A DNA stretch of 64,000 nucleotides from the human T2T-CHM13v2.0 reference genome, Homo sapiens, in assembly GCF_009914755.1 (NCBI RefSeq), contig NC_060943.1. The stretch is one strand, 5' to 3'. Position numbers and translations under genes: made by a program. This document shows positions 61,723 through 64,000 of the stretch, in pieces. Every line of letters begins with the position of its first letter. Position 1 is the stretch's first letter. The notes below the pieces were generated by a model. The model made no database searches and was not told the DNA's origin. It saw only the letters and a program-made list of their open reading frames with translations.

Positions 61723-62477
61723 TCTCTATGCCATTCTATATATCAACACAAACATTTAAAAATGTTTTATTCTTTCTTCTTTCTTTTCAGTAATATTTTC
61801 AGATTTCCGGTTCCAGGCATGGTAGAACCTTTCTACAGATAGCAATTACAAATTCTAGGGGAAAAAATATACTAGACCTGGCCACTTAAGGGAACTTGGA
61901 AGCAACCAGAAGCAAGCAGAACCTGAAGAGATTTTTCATTGCAAATAAGAGAGTGCACAGAGAGTACGACCCATATTCATACAACTTTGTCCCTTAGGTG
62001 CAAGCTGAAAACTGTAGTTATATTGACTTGAGATGTCAAAGAAGGGAGTTTGAAACTGCTGGTGTGGATGAAAAATGAAGGGGAAATCCTTTAAAGGAAG
62101 AAGTCACAGAGGAGGGGGAGTCACCAAACCTGTCTATAAGCTACGCTCCAATCTAGACTCATCCCTAAACTGCATGTGAATGATGGAGACTTTAGGAATC
62201 AAAGGAAATAACAATAGCTGGAAGGCTAAAATACAGACCAGATATGTCAGCCTCTTTTCTGTGCATGGGAGCCAGCGTTTGGAGCTTGTATCCTAGCAAG
62301 TTAAAGGGGCCTGAGAAAGACTTCAGGCATTCCACTGAAATCCTAGAAAGACTGCACCTTAGGAAAGAACATTCTACCCCTGAATTAAGGGATTCTTCCT
62401 AGGTCTAAGGGCAAAACAATGAACTTACCCTAACCAAGCCTCCAGTGGCTCCAGATGGTCTACCAGGAATTTATCTG

Positions 62478-62753
62478 GGACCAGGGGCAGTGGTTCATGC
62501 CTGTAATCTCAGTGCTTTGTGAGGCTGAGGCAGAGGATCACTTGAAGCCAGTAGTCTGAGACCAGCCTGGGCAATGTAGCAAGACCCCATTTGTACAAAA
62601 AAATAAAAAAAAATAGGAGTAAATGCCTGTAATCGCGATAACTCAGAAGGCTGAGATGGGAGAATCACTTGAGCCCAGGAGTTCAAGGCTGCAGTGATCT
62701 ATGATTGTTCCATTGCACTCTAGCCAGGCAACAGAACAAGACCCTGTCGAAAG

Positions 62754-62820
<67 letters not shown>

Positions 62821-62988
62821 AAAGAAAGAAAGAAAGGAAGGAAGGAAGGAAGGAAGGAAGGAAGGAAGGAAGGAAGGAGAAAGAAAGAAAGAAAGAGAAA
62901 GGAGAGGAAAGGAAAGGAAAGGAAAAGGGAAAGGGAAAGGAGGAAGGAAGGAAGGAAGGAAAGAAGGAAGGAAGGAAAAAGAAAGAAG
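62478..62988 (+). mobile_element. Alu (AluJ-like) with expanded purine tail
   Basis: cagtggttcatgcctgtaatc...gagttcaaggctgcagtga...agaccctgtc. Confidence 0.93.
62750..62988. repeat. Compound (GAAA)n-(GGAA)n-(GGAAA)n microsatellite
   Basis: About 240 bp purine-only tract; 10 consecutive GGAA at 62836-62875. Confidence 0.98.
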
Positions 62989-63222
62989 ACTTGGGAACTT
63001 AGTAATAGGAGAAAAAAATGAGTAAAACAAAACTCAACACTCTTAAGAAGAAACTAACAGAATTCAGAGTCTTTACAAAATATCATTCACAAAGGCCTCA
63101 GAAACCTCACTCCTGGCCCCACTTGTCCCCAGCTCTCTGTGGAGGAAAGTACATGGAGCCCCTGGGAATTGTGGGTTTCCTAGTTAAAAAAGAAAAATCT
63201 TCTAGCAAAACTTTACACTGTA

Positions 63223-63537
<315 letters not shown>

Positions 63538-63609
63538 CACTGTAAAAGAAAAAACACAGGCCACTCCCTCTAGGGTCACATAATCAAGCCATCGAACCCA
63601 AATCTAGGG

Positions 63610-63960
63610 ACCCTGAGATTACTTTAGGATGGTGTGACATTTAAATTAGAGCCTGAAGATCTGGTAAGCCTGAGCCAGGAAGAGGAAAACGATCAAATGC
63701 CCAGAGACGAGAGAGAACATGGGTATGGCTGGAGTATAGGGACCAGGGAAGGGAGGGGAAGGACTGGTAGGAAATGAGGCAGGAGAGGCAGGCAGATGAG
63801 AAAGAGCCTCTTCCATTGTATTAAGCAAGTTGGGTTTTCCTGAGAGTGATGGGGTACCAACAAAAAGATTCAAGAAAAACTATATCAACAAAATTTTAGT
63901 GCTGAAATATCCTGGCTTCTGTAATGAGCCGATCTGGAGAAATTAAGTATGAGGTATCCA
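63610..63960 (-). mobile_element. L2 fragment
   Basis: ggtgtgacatttaaattagagcctgaaga...ggctggagt...gaaatgaggcaggagaggcaggcag. Confidence 0.65.
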
Positions 63961-64000
63961 CCGAATGTCCAGATTCTGTAAGAAATTTAGTTCATTGGTT

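Larger units (their letters stand above)
61800..63095 (+). mobile_element. Possible old L1M 5' region (interrupted by an Alu)
   Basis: ttccggttcc...atgg start and purine-rich degenerate sequence; weak similarity only. Confidence 0.4.

Overview
Primate (human-like) non-coding genomic DNA; I see no protein-coding exon, RNA gene or promoter-type CpG island, and I cannot identify the locus. A large share is transposable elements: about 12 Alus, a full-length but inactivated L1PA (about 43661-49802), a complete THE1 provirus (34177-36759), many solo LTRs (MLT1, MLT2, MST, THE1, MER21, ERV1 types) and old L2, MIR, MER5 and MER58 pieces, often nested. Subfamily names come from recalled consensus sequences and need RepeatMasker/Dfam confirmation. 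The only ORF-track entries with recognisable protein content are broken L1 ORF1/ORF2 pieces. The notable signals are secondary rearrangements of TE DNA: four separate minisatellites (28, 39, 40 and 43 bp units) each grown from a different TE, one with a ~600-bp higher-order repeat; a ~92-bp-arm fold-back inverted duplication in a MER21 LTR; a nested palindrome cluster in an LTR; a probable 34-nt L1 3' transduction; and a 240-bp gapless direct duplication 8009 bp apart. I found no convincing novel gene system.
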